Below are positions 18,788 through 29,102 of a stretch of DNA of 64,000 bases, piece by piece. How positions within the stretch are numbered: position 1 is the stretch's first letter; each line of letters starts with the position of its first letter. The position numbers and the translations under genes are program-made. The stretch is from IMG/VR virus record IMGVR_UViG_3300044946_000177, positions 2,301-66,300 of that record, one strand, 5' to 3'. The notes beneath the pieces were generated by a model that was given only the letters and a program-made list of their open reading frames with translations, had not been told where the DNA came from and ran no database searches. Origin of the DNA: a virus.

Positions 18788-19153
18788 ATGGGGCTAGCAA
18801 CTCTAACTTTCGTCCCCGACACGCCCGCCGACTTCCAGCGGTGGAGCTTCTCGAACCAGGCGTCGCATCGCGACATCATCCGCGTGATCGAGCAAAATCA
18901 AGTCGCGATGACGCCGGGGTTCACGCTGATGCCGGTAGACGAATACCTGATCGACCCCTTCGACCCCGAGAACCTGGGCAACTGGCCGTACTTGCATCAG
19001 GTCATGCACAACCAAATGTTTCAAGCCGCCGGTCTGCCCGCCAGCTACGACCTGACCGGGATCGATTGGCAAGACCCCCAGGTTGTGCAAAACTGGATCT
19101 CGGCTCACGCCGACGATCATAACCGAATCTCAGCCTTTTTAGGATTGTCCTGA
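18788..19153 (+). CDS. hypothetical virion-region protein
   Basis: Tightly packed ORF. Confidence 0.7.
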   Translation: MGLATLTFVPDTPADFQRWSFSNQASHRDIIRVIEQNQVAMTPGFTLMPVDEYLIDPFDPENLGNWPYLHQVMHNQMFQAAGLPASYDLTGIDWQDPQVVQNWISAHADDHNRISAFLGLS

Positions 19154-19626
19154 TGCCTGCAGAAGCCCTGAAGCCCGTTGCCCCGCCTCCCGTCGTCTAC
19201 GCCGAGGTGCGCCGGTTCGAGTTGCCCGATCTCGACACGCATGCGCGGTGGTTCATGCCGCGCTTACTGAAGGAGTACCCGCATCTCAATGAGCGCTCGG
19301 CGATCGGCTTTTTGCGTGGAATCATCTATAGTAACGAGTTTCTGTTTCTCTTCCAGGAGAAGGGCGTCGCCTTGGCGCAGGCGATGGGGTCCGGCGGCCT
19401 GGAAGCCGAACCGATCGTCTGGGAACGGTTCGTCTGGGTCGAGAATCCAGCCGATGCCGGCCAGCAGCAGGCGGCTTCGTTTTTCTACGATCGGATCGTC
19501 AAGTGGGCGAAGACGATGGGCGTGTCGAAGGTGCACGTCGAGGAGCATAGCGACTGCACTCACGACCAGATCAAGGCGCGCGTGGGGCGGGTGTTCGAGA
19601 CGCAGCAGCGCTATGTGAGGCCGTGA
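19153..19626 (+). CDS. possible GNAT-like protein preceding ejection proteins
   Basis: Position typical of podoviruses; weak sequence support. Confidence 0.45.
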   Translation: MPAEALKPVAPPPVVYAEVRRFELPDLDTHARWFMPRLLKEYPHLNERSAIGFLRGIIYSNEFLFLFQEKGVALAQAMGSGGLEAEPIVWERFVWVENPADAGQQQAASFFYDRIVKWAKTMGVSKVHVEEHSDCTHDQIKARVGRVFETQQRYVRP

Positions 19627-19629
19627 ATC

Positions 19630-19809
19630 ATGACTGAAATCTGGGGCGTATGTGAAACTTGTTTCGGATACGGAAAGCAAACTTGGTTTTTTGCTGCGGG
19701 CCAAGAAATCTTTCGACTGTGTGACGTTTGCAATGGTCGCGGCATGCTGTTTGTTGGAAACAGTCGCGATTTGAAAAATGATAAGGATTCAGATTCATGT
19801 CCTTCTTAA
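19630..19809 (+). CDS. small Zn-finger protein
   Basis: Read by hand: CETCFGYG...CDVCNGRG. Confidence 0.55.
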   Translation: MTEIWGVCETCFGYGKQTWFFAAGQEIFRLCDVCNGRGMLFVGNSRDLKNDKDSDSCPS

Positions 19810-20879
19810 CTGATCTGTTCGAAGGCCACACGTCAAATTTGGGCACGGACCTGAGCCACGCCGGCTCATCTCTGATGTCGCATCCTTCCGAGCTCTATGA
19901 GACGCTCGGCGGCGCCGCGGCGCTCGCGACCGGCGGGCTGGCGCTCGGGGGGCTAGGAGGCGGTCTGTTCGGTGGTGCGGATGCCGCGGCCGGAGGCGGC
20001 GGGCTGTTCTCGGGCTTGTTCGGTGGGGGGGATGCCGCGGCTGCGGCGGCCGGAGGCGATGCTTTCGATATCGGCGCGGCAACTCAGGGCTCTGACATCG
20101 CAACCGGCATTGCTGCCAATCCCGCATACGGAGGCGGCAGTTTAGGTGCTGCGGGCGACATCGGCGCGACCGGTGTGCAAGGAGCGGTCGGTGGCGGGGC
20201 CGGGGTAGATGCCACGGCAGGGCTCCCCGGTGGGGCTTACGATATCAGCGCGGCTTCCGAAGGCTCTGGCATTGCACAAGGTATCGCTGCAAATCCGGCC
20301 TACAGCGGCCCTCCCTCCGGCGGCTTCTGGAACACGCTGACCAGCCCCTCGCAGTGGACCCTCGGCGGCGTCGGCAAGGTAGCGGGCGTGGCAGCGGCCG
20401 GAGCCGGCCTCGGCATGGACGTCCTCAACCGCAACCAGATGGATCCCAACCAGGCGATGCTGGCGCAGCAGGCCGCCCAACTCGGGCAGTCCGGACAGGT
20501 GCTGGAGTCTTACCTCAAGACCGGCAAGCTGCCCCCTGCTCTCCAGGCGCAGCTCGACCAGGCGGTCGCCGCCGAGAAGGCGCGCATCGTTTCGGGCTAC
20601 GCAGCCAAGGGCATGCCAACCGATCCCAACCAGAATTCCGCGCTCGCGCAAGATCTGAACAACGTGCAGACTAATGCGATCGCGGCGATGGCGAACGTCC
20701 AGGTCGAGATGATGAATACCGGCTTGAAAGAAACCGGTTTGTCGTCGCAGCTCTATCAGATGCTGACCCAGCTCGACCTCCAGCAGAACAAGGACCTGAT
20801 GTCGGCGATCTCGTCGTTCGCTGCGGCGCTCGGGGGCGGGATGGGCGGCGGGCAGAATGTTAAGTTGAGCCTGGCCTGA
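19797..20879 (+). CDS. DNA ejection/internal virion protein
   Basis: Gly/Ala-rich N-half with duplicated DI.AA..GS.IA.GIAANPAY; Gln-rich helical C-half. Confidence 0.65.
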   Translation: MSFLTDLFEGHTSNLGTDLSHAGSSLMSHPSELYETLGGAAALATGGLALGGLGGGLFGGADAAAGGGGLFSGLFGGGDAAAAAAGGDAFDIGAATQGSDIATGIAANPAYGGGSLGAAGDIGATGVQGAVGGGAGVDATAGLPGGAYDISAASEGSGIAQGIAANPAYSGPPSGGFWNTLTSPSQWTLGGVGKVAGVAAAGAGLGMDVLNRNQMDPNQAMLAQQAAQLGQSGQVLESYLKTGKLPPALQAQLDQAVAAEKARIVSGYAAKGMPTDPNQNSALAQDLNNVQTNAIAAMANVQVEMMNTGLKETGLSSQLYQMLTQLDLQQNKDLMSAISSFAAALGGGMGGGQNVKLSLA

Positions 20880-22498
20880 TGACTTTTATCGACCCGATGC
20901 ACGACAATTTGACCGGAGATCCCACTCCGGTCGGCGGCACCCGATTGCCGCAAGCCGCCCCTCCGTCCGGTCCCGCCCTTCCCGATTACGCGCCCTACGG
21001 CGGCGCCAACATGACCGGTCTGGCGCCGGGTTCCTCCGACTACGTGTCGAGCCGCCTTGCCGGCGAGGCTGCGGCAAAGGGCGAGGCGCAGACTTACGTC
21101 GATCGGCGGGCGGAAGACCAGATGGTGCAGGATCGCCAGAAGATGGCGCAATCCTATGCCCTGGAGTCGGCCGATGCGCGCGATCCTGCCCTCCGGCCGT
21201 GGAACGCCGAGCAGGAGAAAGCCAAATACATTCGCGGCCCCATGGAGAACTTCGGCTCGGTCGGCATGATCTTCGCCATGGCTGCCTCCGCGTTCACCCG
21301 CACGCCCATGATCAGCGCCTTGAATGCGGGTGCCGCCGCCATGCAGGCGACTCAACAGTCCGACGAGAAGGCGTACAAGCAGGCTTTCGACGCTTGGAAA
21401 AGCAACTCCGACCTGGCGCTCAAGCGCTTCGACATGGAGCGCAACCTCTATGAGGACGCCAACAAGCTGCTGACGACCGACATGGGTCTCTGGAAGCAGA
21501 AAAGCTTGATGCTCGCGGCGCAGTTCGACAACCAGAAAATGCGAATCATGCTGGAAAACGGCATGGACAAGGAGGTGCTGGACGCGCAGGCCGCGCAGTT
21601 CAAGGCCGCGGAGGAGATGCGCAAGTCGAAGTTCGAGTTCGATAAGCAGGATTTCTTCCGGCAGCAGTACGCGGATTCGGTCAAACAGTATCAGGACGCC
21701 CATCCGGGGGTGAATGACAAGAACAAGACGCCGGAATACGTGGCGTTTAAGTCCAAAGCGTGGAGTGACGCCCTACGCGCTTCGCAAGGCGAGATGACCC
21801 CGGAGCAGCTCGCGCAGCTTCGCGCGACGAGCGCGGGGGGTAACACCAATTTGACCGCTGATCGCCAGCGCGCGGCCGATGTCGACAAGATTATGAAAGA
21901 AAAAGAAGCTGCGGGAGAATTAAAGGGGAAGTCGGCAGAGCAAATAGCCGATATACGCGCTAAGGAAGAAGCGCGCTTAAAGTCCCTTGGTACTCCCATC
22001 ACATCCAGTCGCAAAGATGACCTTGCCAGCGCAATCACTCGCGCGCAATTGTCCTCCGATACGATTAACAACATAGAATCGCTCTTAAAGAAGCATATCG
22101 CCTTGACTGGTCTTGGCGGCAAAATTACTCGCCCAGCGGAAGCGATCGGCAACGTGTTTGGGAGCAACGCAACTGACCGTGCGCAGTTTTTGTCTCTCAT
22201 TTCCGAGTTAAAAGAGTGGGCGCCGCGCTTGCTCAACGAATCCAAGGCGCGACCGTTGGCATCGGAAGAAAAAGAAATCGCAAATATCGTTCCCGGCTTG
22301 AATATTGGCGATACGACTAAAAATACGGCGGATCGGCTTTTAAAGTTGCAAAAACTGTTTCGCCAGCTGCAGGAAAACATGACCAAGCGCTATGAGGGAA
22401 CGTGGCAGCCTCCGGCAGTCGGTTCTACATCGCCTTCTCCCGCAACTACTTCGCCCGGCAGGAAACCTTCATACCTTGATGCTCCGGTTACGCCATGA
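20879..22498 (+). CDS. internal virion/ejection protein
   Basis: Helical, second of three increasing-size genes. Confidence 0.65.
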   Translation: MTFIDPMHDNLTGDPTPVGGTRLPQAAPPSGPALPDYAPYGGANMTGLAPGSSDYVSSRLAGEAAAKGEAQTYVDRRAEDQMVQDRQKMAQSYALESADARDPALRPWNAEQEKAKYIRGPMENFGSVGMIFAMAASAFTRTPMISALNAGAAAMQATQQSDEKAYKQAFDAWKSNSDLALKRFDMERNLYEDANKLLTTDMGLWKQKSLMLAAQFDNQKMRIMLENGMDKEVLDAQAAQFKAAEEMRKSKFEFDKQDFFRQQYADSVKQYQDAHPGVNDKNKTPEYVAFKSKAWSDALRASQGEMTPEQLAQLRATSAGGNTNLTADRQRAADVDKIMKEKEAAGELKGKSAEQIADIRAKEEARLKSLGTPITSSRKDDLASAITRAQLSSDTINNIESLLKKHIALTGLGGKITRPAEAIGNVFGSNATDRAQFLSLISELKEWAPRLLNESKARPLASEEKEIANIVPGLNIGDTTKNTADRLLKLQKLFRQLQENMTKRYEGTWQPPAVGSTSPSPATTSPGRKPSYLDAPVTP

Positions 22499-25400
22499 TC
22501 GATCAGCCTCCGGAACAGACGCCTGAGCAGCAAGCCGACGCCATGGCTGGCAGCGGCTTGCGCACCATCATGCGCCGCGCATTGCCTGCTAGCGCGAAGC
22601 CGCAACTCGAAGAAAAAACAGCGGCACCGTTTCAATTGTCCAGCGAAACGCCGGACGAAGATTATGCCGCGTTGAATCCCGGCATGCGTTTTGTCGGGCC
22701 TGATGGGCAGACACGCACAAAACCGTGGGAAGTCAGGGAAGGAACCGAGGAAGAAGACTACGATCTTGTTCCAGAAGGTAAGGTTTTTGTCGATCCTGCC
22801 GGACAAACTCGCACCAAGCCCGCTTATCAGGACGTCGACCTGACTGCCTCTACCCTTTATCACATGGCGGTCAACGACACCGAGCGGCGCAAGGCGCTCG
22901 ATCGGTCCTACCCCGGCAAGGTGCAGCAGGACACACAGGGGCGGTTCTATGTCGACGATGACGGCGTGCGCCGCCGCCCCAAAAACATGCTGGAAAGCCC
23001 GACGGGTATTATCTCTACTGTTGGCGGGGCAGGTGGTCCAATGGCGGGCAGCGCCCTGGGGGAAGTCGGTGGAGCTGTTGTTGGCGGACCTGTTGGAGCG
23101 GTAGCTGGCGCTGGTCTGGGCGGCGCGCTCGGGCAGGGCTTGAATGATCTGATTTTGAAATACGCAGGCGTCTATGACCGCTCGGCGGGAGAAGAGGCGA
23201 TCAATCTCAGCGAAGCCGGTGCGTTCGGCGCGGCAGGTTCGGCTGTGGGCCGAGTGGCTGGTGCAACTCTGGCCGGGGCCGGTGGAGCCAAGGCCGTTGC
23301 TAAAGGCAGCGCGCCTGGTGTCGCTGCGCATTTCCTCGGCGCAGATAAGGAATCGCTTCAGACTTCGTTGCGGATCGCGGCGGAAGGCGAGCACGAGTCT
23401 TCAAGCAAGATATTGCGAGCCTTCGGGATGACCGACCCCGGCACGCCGGTCCCGATCTCGGCCTGGGCGCACCACGCTCCGATGCTCCAAATTGAGCACG
23501 AAGTTCTGCATCCTCGCTTCCATATGGAAGAGCCTTTGAAACAGGGCCGAACTGCTTTCATGGAAAAGCAAGGAACATCCTTGCTTGGCGATCTCGGGGC
23601 TAAAGTCGAAGGAAGCCTGACAGAGCCTCTCGCGGCAGTATCGGGTCGCGAAGCCGGTCAGATGGCGATTGATCGAGCGTTGCAGGAGTCGTCTGCTCGT
23701 GAGACGGCCCTTCGTATGCGAATTGGTGAACAAAAAGCGGCTGCCGGCATGCAGGCACAGGCGGCTTTGCCCGAATACGAAGCACGTTTGGCTGCATTGC
23801 GCGATGCAGGCCAGCAGGCAGATGCCGCCGCAACCAAAGTGGTCGATGCAGGCTACAAGGCAATCGAGAAGGACGCCGAGAATGCCATGCGCGCGGCTAA
23901 AGCCGGGCATAACAGCGGCGATTTCTGGCAGTCAGTCGCCGAGAAGTTCAAAGATATTCGGGGAATGATCGGTGTACGTGCATCTGGCCGCTATGCTGGT
24001 TGGCGCGAATCTTTTGGCGAGATCGTTCCCGAACAAGGCGGGCTGGCAGAAGACGCACAGGCGTTTCTCGATGAGTTGCCTAAACCGTTTCAGGAAAACC
24101 ATCCTTCGTTGATCAAGCGCGTCGCGCAGTTGGCTGGCGAACAGGGCCACGATGGCGAATGGGTGCGTGAACCGGTTACGCTCGATCTCGCGTCCGCACA
24201 TGAGCTGCGTTCATTGTTCCGGCACAATATCGACTGGAGCGACTTGCCATCGGATGCTCGCAACGGCGCGTTGAAACTGTTTCAGGGCAAGCTCGATTCC
24301 GTCATTCATGGTGCTGATGTCCCGCTCGCCGCGCGCAAGGGGCTGGATGATATCGACAAGTGGTACGGCAAGGTCATGCCGATCTGGAACGACAAGCGTA
24401 TCCAGGCGGTCGTCGACGGCATACGGAACGGCCAGCCGGCCGACCCCAAAGAACTCGTAGAGATGATGATCAAGGAGGGCAATACCGATTTCAACAACAA
24501 GCTTCGCCGCATGCTAGGCCCTAATTTATGGTCCGGAATCAAGGGCGCATATTCCGAGAATCTAATTCGCAAGAATCGCGACCTGTGGGGCAATGTAAAT
24601 GGTACGTCGTTCGCGCGTGACGTTCTGGAGGATTATAATTCCGGGCTTCTCAAATCGATTCACGGCGAAGAAGGCGCTGAAAAGTTGCGCCGTCAAGCCC
24701 AATATGCATCTCTGCTCGACGGCAAGATGCCAATTCCCACTCGCACAGGCGACACGACGCTTGATGTCATCGAACGCGCCCGGCAGACCCAGATAGCAAT
24801 CGAGAAGGAAGCCGAGAAAAACCCGATCGGCTTGCTCAAGGATGAACTCAAACGGCTTTCTCAGCAAGAGCGGCAACTGGAAGGCGCAGAGCGACGCGCG
24901 ACCCAGCGCGATCCGTTCAAATTCCTGATTGACAAGTCTGTAGGTGCTTCTAAAGCGGCCGACAAGATCGCATCAAGCGAAGACCTGATCATCGCATATG
25001 CAGCCCGAGTTGGAGAAAACTCCCCTGAGTGGGAAGCGATGAAGCAATTCATTGCCAAGCGTATTTTTACCGACACAGTTGAACCGAAGGATCGACTCAA
25101 AAAGATTTCTCCCGAAGTCAGCGAACTGGTGTTGCGAACGAAGTTGGCTGATGCGCAGCGCTTGGCCAAAGACATGGAATTCCTGAAGCCTCGCACCGAT
25201 GCGGGCTCCGGTACATCCATTCTGGCTACATCAAAAGTTACACATCCTTTTGGAAGTGGAGTTATCGGAAAGACTTCTCAAGCCGCATTAAAGCCGATCG
25301 GTGGCGGCCCCGTAGCTCGCGGTTTCTTGGATAGTTACTATGACCTCCTGGCTAAGCTGATGGAATCGCCGTCGACCATGCGATGGGTCATGAAAGGGTT

Positions 25401-27072
25401 GGAAGGCAACCCGCAATCCCGCGAAATCGTCAAAGCGCAGATTCAGCGCTGGATGCAAAAGGCTGGCCCCCTTGGGGCGGCGGTCGGCGAAAGCCAGTAT
25501 CAGGCTGGCTCGGAAGGGCTCCCGCCGTCCCAGGAAAATTCGGAAGGTGGTAACCAGATACCTCAAGGCGGCCCAGCACCGCACGCCCAGTTGCAGGGGC
25601 CGCCCGGCGCGGTGCTGTCGGATGAGAGTCCTGATCCCGTTCGTCCCGGCGCGCAGTACGCCTCAAATGAACCGGCGAAACCCGAGAGCGCTCTGCCGCA
25701 AGAACCGTCCAATTTCCTAGCTGACGCCGATCCGGCTCAGCAGGCGCAGCAAGCCCGCGAGGTCGCGGCACAGCGGCAGCGCCAGGCTGTCCAGCCCGCC
25801 GAGGGACGCCAGGAAGGCGCGTTCACCGACGCGCTGTTCGACGCGCTCATTCCTGGCCGTGCCGCTGTCCGGTCGCTGACGCAGGGCGAGTATGGAAAGG
25901 CTGCCGTAGAGGCCGGCGCGTCCGCGATGCCTTACGCAGGAAAAGCGCTTGGCGCCGCGGTTCAAGCTGCTCCGATGCTGACCAAGGCCGTTGCCGCTTC
26001 CACCGCCGCCTTGACATCGTTGTTCATGGATACGTCGGAAGGCGCTTCCAAGCTCTCGCCCGAAGACCAGTCACGCATCCGGATGATGCAAGAAAAGTCC
26101 AAGCAGGAACAGCAGAACCGGGCCAAGGATGCTGAGCTGCGGAAGAAGGAAGCCGACGAAAAGGCGGATCGCGACGCCAAAGCCGCTCAAGCCGCGGCGC
26201 AGACTCAGGCCGATTTGCAGGCAAAACTTGCCCAGATCGAGGCAGACAAGCAGCGCGAACAAGCGCGGATCGAGGAGGAGCACAAGGCAGCCGAGCAGCG
26301 CGCAGCGGAAGAGACAATCAAAGCGAATGCGGCCGAGAACAAGCGTATGGCCGAGCGGCCTTTCCGGGAGAAACATCCGGACGCGGATTTGGGCATGTTC
26401 ATGGGCGGCATTGCCGCTGCTGCGATCCTTCCTGGCGCCACCCAGGCTTACAGGCAGTGGGCGTTTAACACCTACTTGAAGGATTGGGAAAAATTGGATG
26501 CGGTTGCGACGCAAGCACTAAAAACCGGTACGCGCGAAGAGCAGCGATTGGCTATCAATCGACTGACGGCCGCAGCCGGCGAGTTGGCGAAGCGCGAAGG
26601 AAAACTGGAAAAGTACCCGTGGCTTACGCAATTGGCAGCGCCTACCATCGCGGCGGAAATGAGCATGTTGCCGGCCGAGATTGATATAAGGCAGCCTTAC
26701 GGAACCAAGGCTCACGAATCCGCGGTCGATTATTACACTGATCCTGCGACCTATGCCGGATTGGGACTTGTCGCCGGAGGCGGTTTCGGACTCGGTCATT
26801 ATTCGCGCGAAGCAGCTGAGGGGCTTCTTCCAAAAAGCAAAATACCGACCGGTACGGCCGGCACAGTCAAGACGTTCGAGGAGCGTAACACGGCTGAAGC
26901 AATCGCAGCAGAAGCTGCGGCCAAGAAGAAGGCTGAATCTGTCGCGAAGCGCAAAGCAACGCTTGAAGCGAAAAAGAAGGCCGAAGCCAAAGCGGAAAAG
27001 AAGGAAGAGGAGCCGCGCAAGGCCAAGGTACCGCGCGGCGGCTCTAAGATTTACGGACTGAGGGACGAATGA
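22495..27072 (+). CDS. large internal virion/ejection protein
   Basis: 1525 aa, glycine-zipper segment, duplicated EDY...FV.P.GQTRTKP motif. Confidence 0.7.
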   Translation: MIDQPPEQTPEQQADAMAGSGLRTIMRRALPASAKPQLEEKTAAPFQLSSETPDEDYAALNPGMRFVGPDGQTRTKPWEVREGTEEEDYDLVPEGKVFVDPAGQTRTKPAYQDVDLTASTLYHMAVNDTERRKALDRSYPGKVQQDTQGRFYVDDDGVRRRPKNMLESPTGIISTVGGAGGPMAGSALGEVGGAVVGGPVGAVAGAGLGGALGQGLNDLILKYAGVYDRSAGEEAINLSEAGAFGAAGSAVGRVAGATLAGAGGAKAVAKGSAPGVAAHFLGADKESLQTSLRIAAEGEHESSSKILRAFGMTDPGTPVPISAWAHHAPMLQIEHEVLHPRFHMEEPLKQGRTAFMEKQGTSLLGDLGAKVEGSLTEPLAAVSGREAGQMAIDRALQESSARETALRMRIGEQKAAAGMQAQAALPEYEARLAALRDAGQQADAAATKVVDAGYKAIEKDAENAMRAAKAGHNSGDFWQSVAEKFKDIRGMIGVRASGRYAGWRESFGEIVPEQGGLAEDAQAFLDELPKPFQENHPSLIKRVAQLAGEQGHDGEWVREPVTLDLASAHELRSLFRHNIDWSDLPSDARNGALKLFQGKLDSVIHGADVPLAARKGLDDIDKWYGKVMPIWNDKRIQAVVDGIRNGQPADPKELVEMMIKEGNTDFNNKLRRMLGPNLWSGIKGAYSENLIRKNRDLWGNVNGTSFARDVLEDYNSGLLKSIHGEEGAEKLRRQAQYASLLDGKMPIPTRTGDTTLDVIERARQTQIAIEKEAEKNPIGLLKDELKRLSQQERQLEGAERRATQRDPFKFLIDKSVGASKAADKIASSEDLIIAYAARVGENSPEWEAMKQFIAKRIFTDTVEPKDRLKKISPEVSELVLRTKLADAQRLAKDMEFLKPRTDAGSGTSILATSKVTHPFGSGVIGKTSQAALKPIGGGPVARGFLDSYYDLLAKLMESPSTMRWVMKGLEGNPQSREIVKAQIQRWMQKAGPLGAAVGESQYQAGSEGLPPSQENSEGGNQIPQGGPAPHAQLQGPPGAVLSDESPDPVRPGAQYASNEPAKPESALPQEPSNFLADADPAQQAQQAREVAAQRQRQAVQPAEGRQEGAFTDALFDALIPGRAAVRSLTQGEYGKAAVEAGASAMPYAGKALGAAVQAAPMLTKAVAASTAALTSLFMDTSEGASKLSPEDQSRIRMMQEKSKQEQQNRAKDAELRKKEADEKADRDAKAAQAAAQTQADLQAKLAQIEADKQREQARIEEEHKAAEQRAAEETIKANAAENKRMAERPFREKHPDADLGMFMGGIAAAAILPGATQAYRQWAFNTYLKDWEKLDAVATQALKTGTREEQRLAINRLTAAAGELAKREGKLEKYPWLTQLAAPTIAAEMSMLPAEIDIRQPYGTKAHESAVDYYTDPATYAGLGLVAGGGFGLGHYSREAAEGLLPKSKIPTGTAGTVKTFEERNTAEAIAAEAAAKKKAESVAKRKATLEAKKKAEAKAEKKEEEPRKAKVPRGGSKIYGLRDE

Positions 27073-27308
27073 GCGCCAAGGAGAAGATCGAGGAGCTCGC
27101 GCTGCGCGTCGCCCAAGATGCACTGGATCCGAGCGCGACCCCCGAGGACCGCCGCGAGGCGTTGAAAATACTCAATCCGCACTATACGATGCTGTTGAAA
27201 TCTAAAGTAAAGGATGACTTGCCCGCCGAAGGCGGGTTCGACTTTGATCGATTCAACCAGGAGAACCGCGATGGTCGACCCGGAAATATACGACGAGTTG
27301 CGTCCTGA
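27069..27308 (+). CDS. hypothetical protein
   Basis: ATGA coupling. Confidence 0.65.
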   Translation: MSAKEKIEELALRVAQDALDPSATPEDRREALKILNPHYTMLLKSKVKDDLPAEGGFDFDRFNQENRDGRPGNIRRVAS

Positions 27309-27394
27309 TCCGAAGCAGCCTCCTGTCATGCTTGAACCGTGGCAGTGGGAGATTTGGCAACCGCTATTGGACCGCCTGAAGAAGGAAAAACGCG

Positions 27395-27700
27395 ATGAGC
27401 GACCCGGCACGAAAGTGGGAAGTCATTCAGGACGAGCCTGAAGAGACGGATGCTCCTTTGACAAAGGCTCAGGAGCGACAAGACGCCGCACCTCCTGGGC
27501 TCGATCTCCTGTTGCTGAGCTTGAAGACGCTGTCTCAGCGCACGCTCTCTGCCATCGCCAATCTCTTCACCCTGGTGACCATGACAGGCACGTGGTGGCT
27601 GTGGTACAAGACGCCGGACCCCAACCCGACCCAGATCGTGAGCCTGTCGATCTTCGCCGCGTTCGTGCTTGCGGCCAACTGGCTGGTGAGGCGGAAATGA
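27395..27700 (+). CDS. membrane protein (2 TM)
   Basis: Two hydrophobic segments, basic C-terminus. Confidence 0.7.
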   Translation: MSDPARKWEVIQDEPEETDAPLTKAQERQDAAPPGLDLLLLSLKTLSQRTLSAIANLFTLVTMTGTWWLWYKTPDPNPTQIVSLSIFAAFVLAANWLVRRK

Positions 27701-28137
27701 TGAAGTGCCTGTCTGTTTTTGCGTGCCTGCTGCTGGCTGGAATCAGCCCGCTTCGAGCGCAAAGCAATGTGCGTCTTGCGCCCCCAAATCTTGGGCTCCA
27801 GAGCCAAACTTGCGGCTCGGCCGTATCGAGTTGCGTCTTGAAGGCCAGCAACGGCTTCTTGCTGGGGGTTTACGCCGAATGCACGGCGGCCTGTTGGATC
27901 ATGATATTCAACTCGACGACCGCGCCGGCCAACGGATCGACGACGGCGGGCGACGGAAGCGGGGCGTCCGGTAACCTGGTCGATTGCGTCGACGTGGCGG
28001 CGGGTTCGTCCCGATCCCTCACTTATCCGAATTACCCCGTATGGTATTCGGTCGGAATCACGGTTGCCATCAGCTCGACCGCATGCGCTACGCTGACCCT
28101 TTCAACGGTCGGTTTTGTGCGAGGGACTTATCAATGA
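27697..28137 (+). CDS. secreted-type Cys-rich beta protein
   Basis: MMKCLSVFACLLLAGISPLRA|Q signal peptide; ATGA coupling. Confidence 0.7.
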   Translation: MMKCLSVFACLLLAGISPLRAQSNVRLAPPNLGLQSQTCGSAVSSCVLKASNGFLLGVYAECTAACWIMIFNSTTAPANGSTTAGDGSGASGNLVDCVDVAAGSSRSLTYPNYPVWYSVGITVAISSTACATLTLSTVGFVRGTYQ

Positions 28138-29096
28138 TCTGGAGAATCCTCGCATTCATGCTGCTTGCCCACGCTGCTTGGGCACAGCAGATATCGGGCG
28201 GCGCTGGGGGCGGCTCATCTTCTTCTCTCGTGATCGGCGCCACGACAATCACGGGCGGGGCCACGACGCAGGTGCTATTCAACCTGGGAGGCGTCCTCAG
28301 CTCGGACAGCGGCCTTACTTATGCAGGCAGCGGCGGGGCTCTGACGCTCAGCGGCGCGGCGCTAGGGGCAACAGCCGCCTTCACGATAAATCCCGCAAGC
28401 GCCAGCGGAAACCTGGCGGTATTTCAGGTTAATGGCACGAACGAGTTTACTATCAGCGCCGGAGGCGTTATTCAGCCCGCGACGCGCATGATTTCACCAG
28501 ATATTCGAACCTCATCGAACAACAGCTACATGTCCACGAGTGGATATTCTGCTAAATCGACAGGCACGTACCAGTGGACAGCGAGCGCGGATGCCACTGC
28601 GGCACCGGATACGGTGCTTTCGAGGAATGCCGCGGGAGTAGCCCAAATCGGGACCACGGCTGCTAATGCTCTGGGCAGCCTTCTCTTGACGAACATAACG
28701 GCGAGCGGGGCCAACGTAAATTTCAGCGGCATAAACGCCACTACCGAAACCGACATGTTGTGCTTCAATACCAGCACCGGACTTGTTACTCATAGCACTG
28801 TTGCGCAACAGTGCACCGTGTCGGATGTAACAAAGAAGCGTGATATTGTTCCGATTGATCCGCATTACGCGCTGGACGTCGCACTCGGCATGGACCCGAT
28901 TTGGTTCCGTTATCGTCCTGAAGCCGACATGGGCGCCGACATCCATGCGGGATTCACGATGCAACGCGTCGCCTCGGTCGAACCTCGCCTGGCGACGGAC
29001 ACTGGCGTGAAATACGGAGAGTTGAGTCCGATCTGGGCTGGGGCCATCCAGGCGCTCAAGAACGAGATTGACGACCTGAGAGGCAAGTTGCGGTGA
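28134..29096 (+). CDS. tail-fibre-like protein with Peptidase_S74-type chaperone and signal peptide
   Basis: SDVTKKRDI...FRY...AGF..Q.V...P C-terminal domain; MIWRILAFMLLAHAAWA|Q. Confidence 0.75.
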   Translation: MIWRILAFMLLAHAAWAQQISGGAGGGSSSSLVIGATTITGGATTQVLFNLGGVLSSDSGLTYAGSGGALTLSGAALGATAAFTINPASASGNLAVFQVNGTNEFTISAGGVIQPATRMISPDIRTSSNNSYMSTSGYSAKSTGTYQWTASADATAAPDTVLSRNAAGVAQIGTTAANALGSLLLTNITASGANVNFSGINATTETDMLCFNTSTGLVTHSTVAQQCTVSDVTKKRDIVPIDPHYALDVALGMDPIWFRYRPEADMGADIHAGFTMQRVASVEPRLATDTGVKYGELSPIWAGAIQALKNEIDDLRGKLR

Positions 29097-29102
29097 AATG
29101 CG